In this document: positions 63,200 to 64,000 of the stretch, in pieces
Layout: the number at the start of each line of letters is the position of its first letter
How positions within the stretch are numbered: position 1 is the stretch's first letter
Assembly: GCA_004431415.1 (NCBI GenBank)
Contig: QPMI01000010.1
Span: forward strand, 248,001 to 312,000
Length of the DNA: 64,000 nucleotides
Direction of reading: 5' to 3'
Source: Cyanophora paradoxa CCMP329
Lineage: Eukaryota > Plantae > Glaucophyta
Program-made: the position numbers and the translations under genes
Notes under the pieces: generated by a model
The model's database searches: none
The model's input: only the letters and a program-made list of their open reading frames with translations
What the model was told of the DNA's origin: nothing

Positions 63200-64000
63200 A
63201 CAGGAGTGGCAGGAGTGGTCTCGGGGCTCCAAGGAGGCGCACCGGCTGGAAGCCCGGGGGGACGCGCCACTGGAACCTCCCCCCCCCCCCCCCCCCCCCC
63301 TCCCCCCGACCGCGGCCGCCCGACCCGGTCCTCCCCCACTCTTCCTCACCGCCCCACGCTCGCCCGTTCCGTACCCCTCCGCTCCCTCCCCCCCCAGCCC
63401 AACGCCTTCCCGATCCTCTGAGCCCGGCGGCTCTACCAGGTCCGCTCCCGGACGAGCGCGCCCCCACCCCCGAGCCCGCCGCACCCGCGACACGGCGGGC
63501 CGTACTTCAGCGTGTACAGAGTGGCTTAGTTTACAGAGCGCCTTCCCGGAGGCCATAGCTTGCTAGGTATAGTCACAGCTGCAGTCGTCTAGCCGTCCGC
63601 TTGTACTTGTTAGACTTGGCTCTCCCTCTCGTCCTTGGGTAGTCACTCCCTCCTCGCGTAGGGCCTCCCTTGTACTGCAGCGCTAGCGCTAGACCTAGCC
63701 CCGGGGTAGCCTTTCCAGTTATTTCCACATCCGAGCTCCACCCGGTGACCCGGTCCGATGTCCGAAAGGCTTAGTCCCGTAGGTTCATCTCTCGACTTGA
63801 CACAGATGGACACCTCAGTTATATCTCTAGCCATTTGTCTCGGCGTGTGCGAATTCATATAAATCCAAGGAGGCGCACGTGAGGGTGGCCGCTCTTTGTA
63901 TTCAAACGGGGGCCTGTAACCGCGCGCGGCCACCCGGCCTGGCGGGGGATCCGGTCCGGAGGGGGTAGGAGGGGGGAGGGGGGGGGAGGGGGAGGGGTCG
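63200..64000. other. Unclassified non-genic segment between a poly-C and a poly-G/purine tract; possibly the end of a repeat or retroelement continuing beyond the window
   Basis: No splice-compatible coding signal. C-rich at 63278-63400 and G-rich at 63960-64000. Confidence 0.25.

Noticed and set aside
1-64000. Alternative genetic code or general stop-codon reassignment
   Set aside because: TAG, TGA and TAA each terminate well-supported genes (8624, 32375, 14672), and only one internal stop was seen.

Overview
Eukaryotic nuclear DNA from a GC-rich, very intron-dense microbial eukaryote. Introns are mostly about 50-150 nt, with donors GTGCGC/GTCCGC and often GCGCGC, and acceptors (C/G)CAG. 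The style suggests a glaucophyte/alga-like protist; this is inference only. Most ORF-track entries are shadow ORFs, so genes were reconstructed by hand-splicing exons. From left to right: a 5'-truncated PHT1/PHO84 phosphate transporter (-) abutting a MITE cluster; a bacterial-like M20 dipeptidase (+); a DUF4062-NACHT-LRR (NLR-like) protein (+); a small acidic protein (+); a head-to-head pair of ABCA half-transporters; then a lower-GC block with a Kelch+FN3 type-I membrane protein (-), a MITE-rich spacer and a giant FN3 + Pmp-type beta-helix surface protein (+). Four things stand out. (1) One ABCA half-transporter is spliced in frame to a membrane anchor plus a catalytically degenerate PhoD phosphatase domain. 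(2) Repeatedly, 25-45 nt segments spanning a splice site are duplicated inside introns and separated by AT-rich slippage-like filler; in one intron the 3' end is a perfect 28-nt copy of the upstream exon end. (3) GC-AG introns are very frequent. (4) There are local GTAC and CG->TA-like compositional signatures. All gene models are manual; exon boundaries in the two large low-GC genes are only partly resolved.
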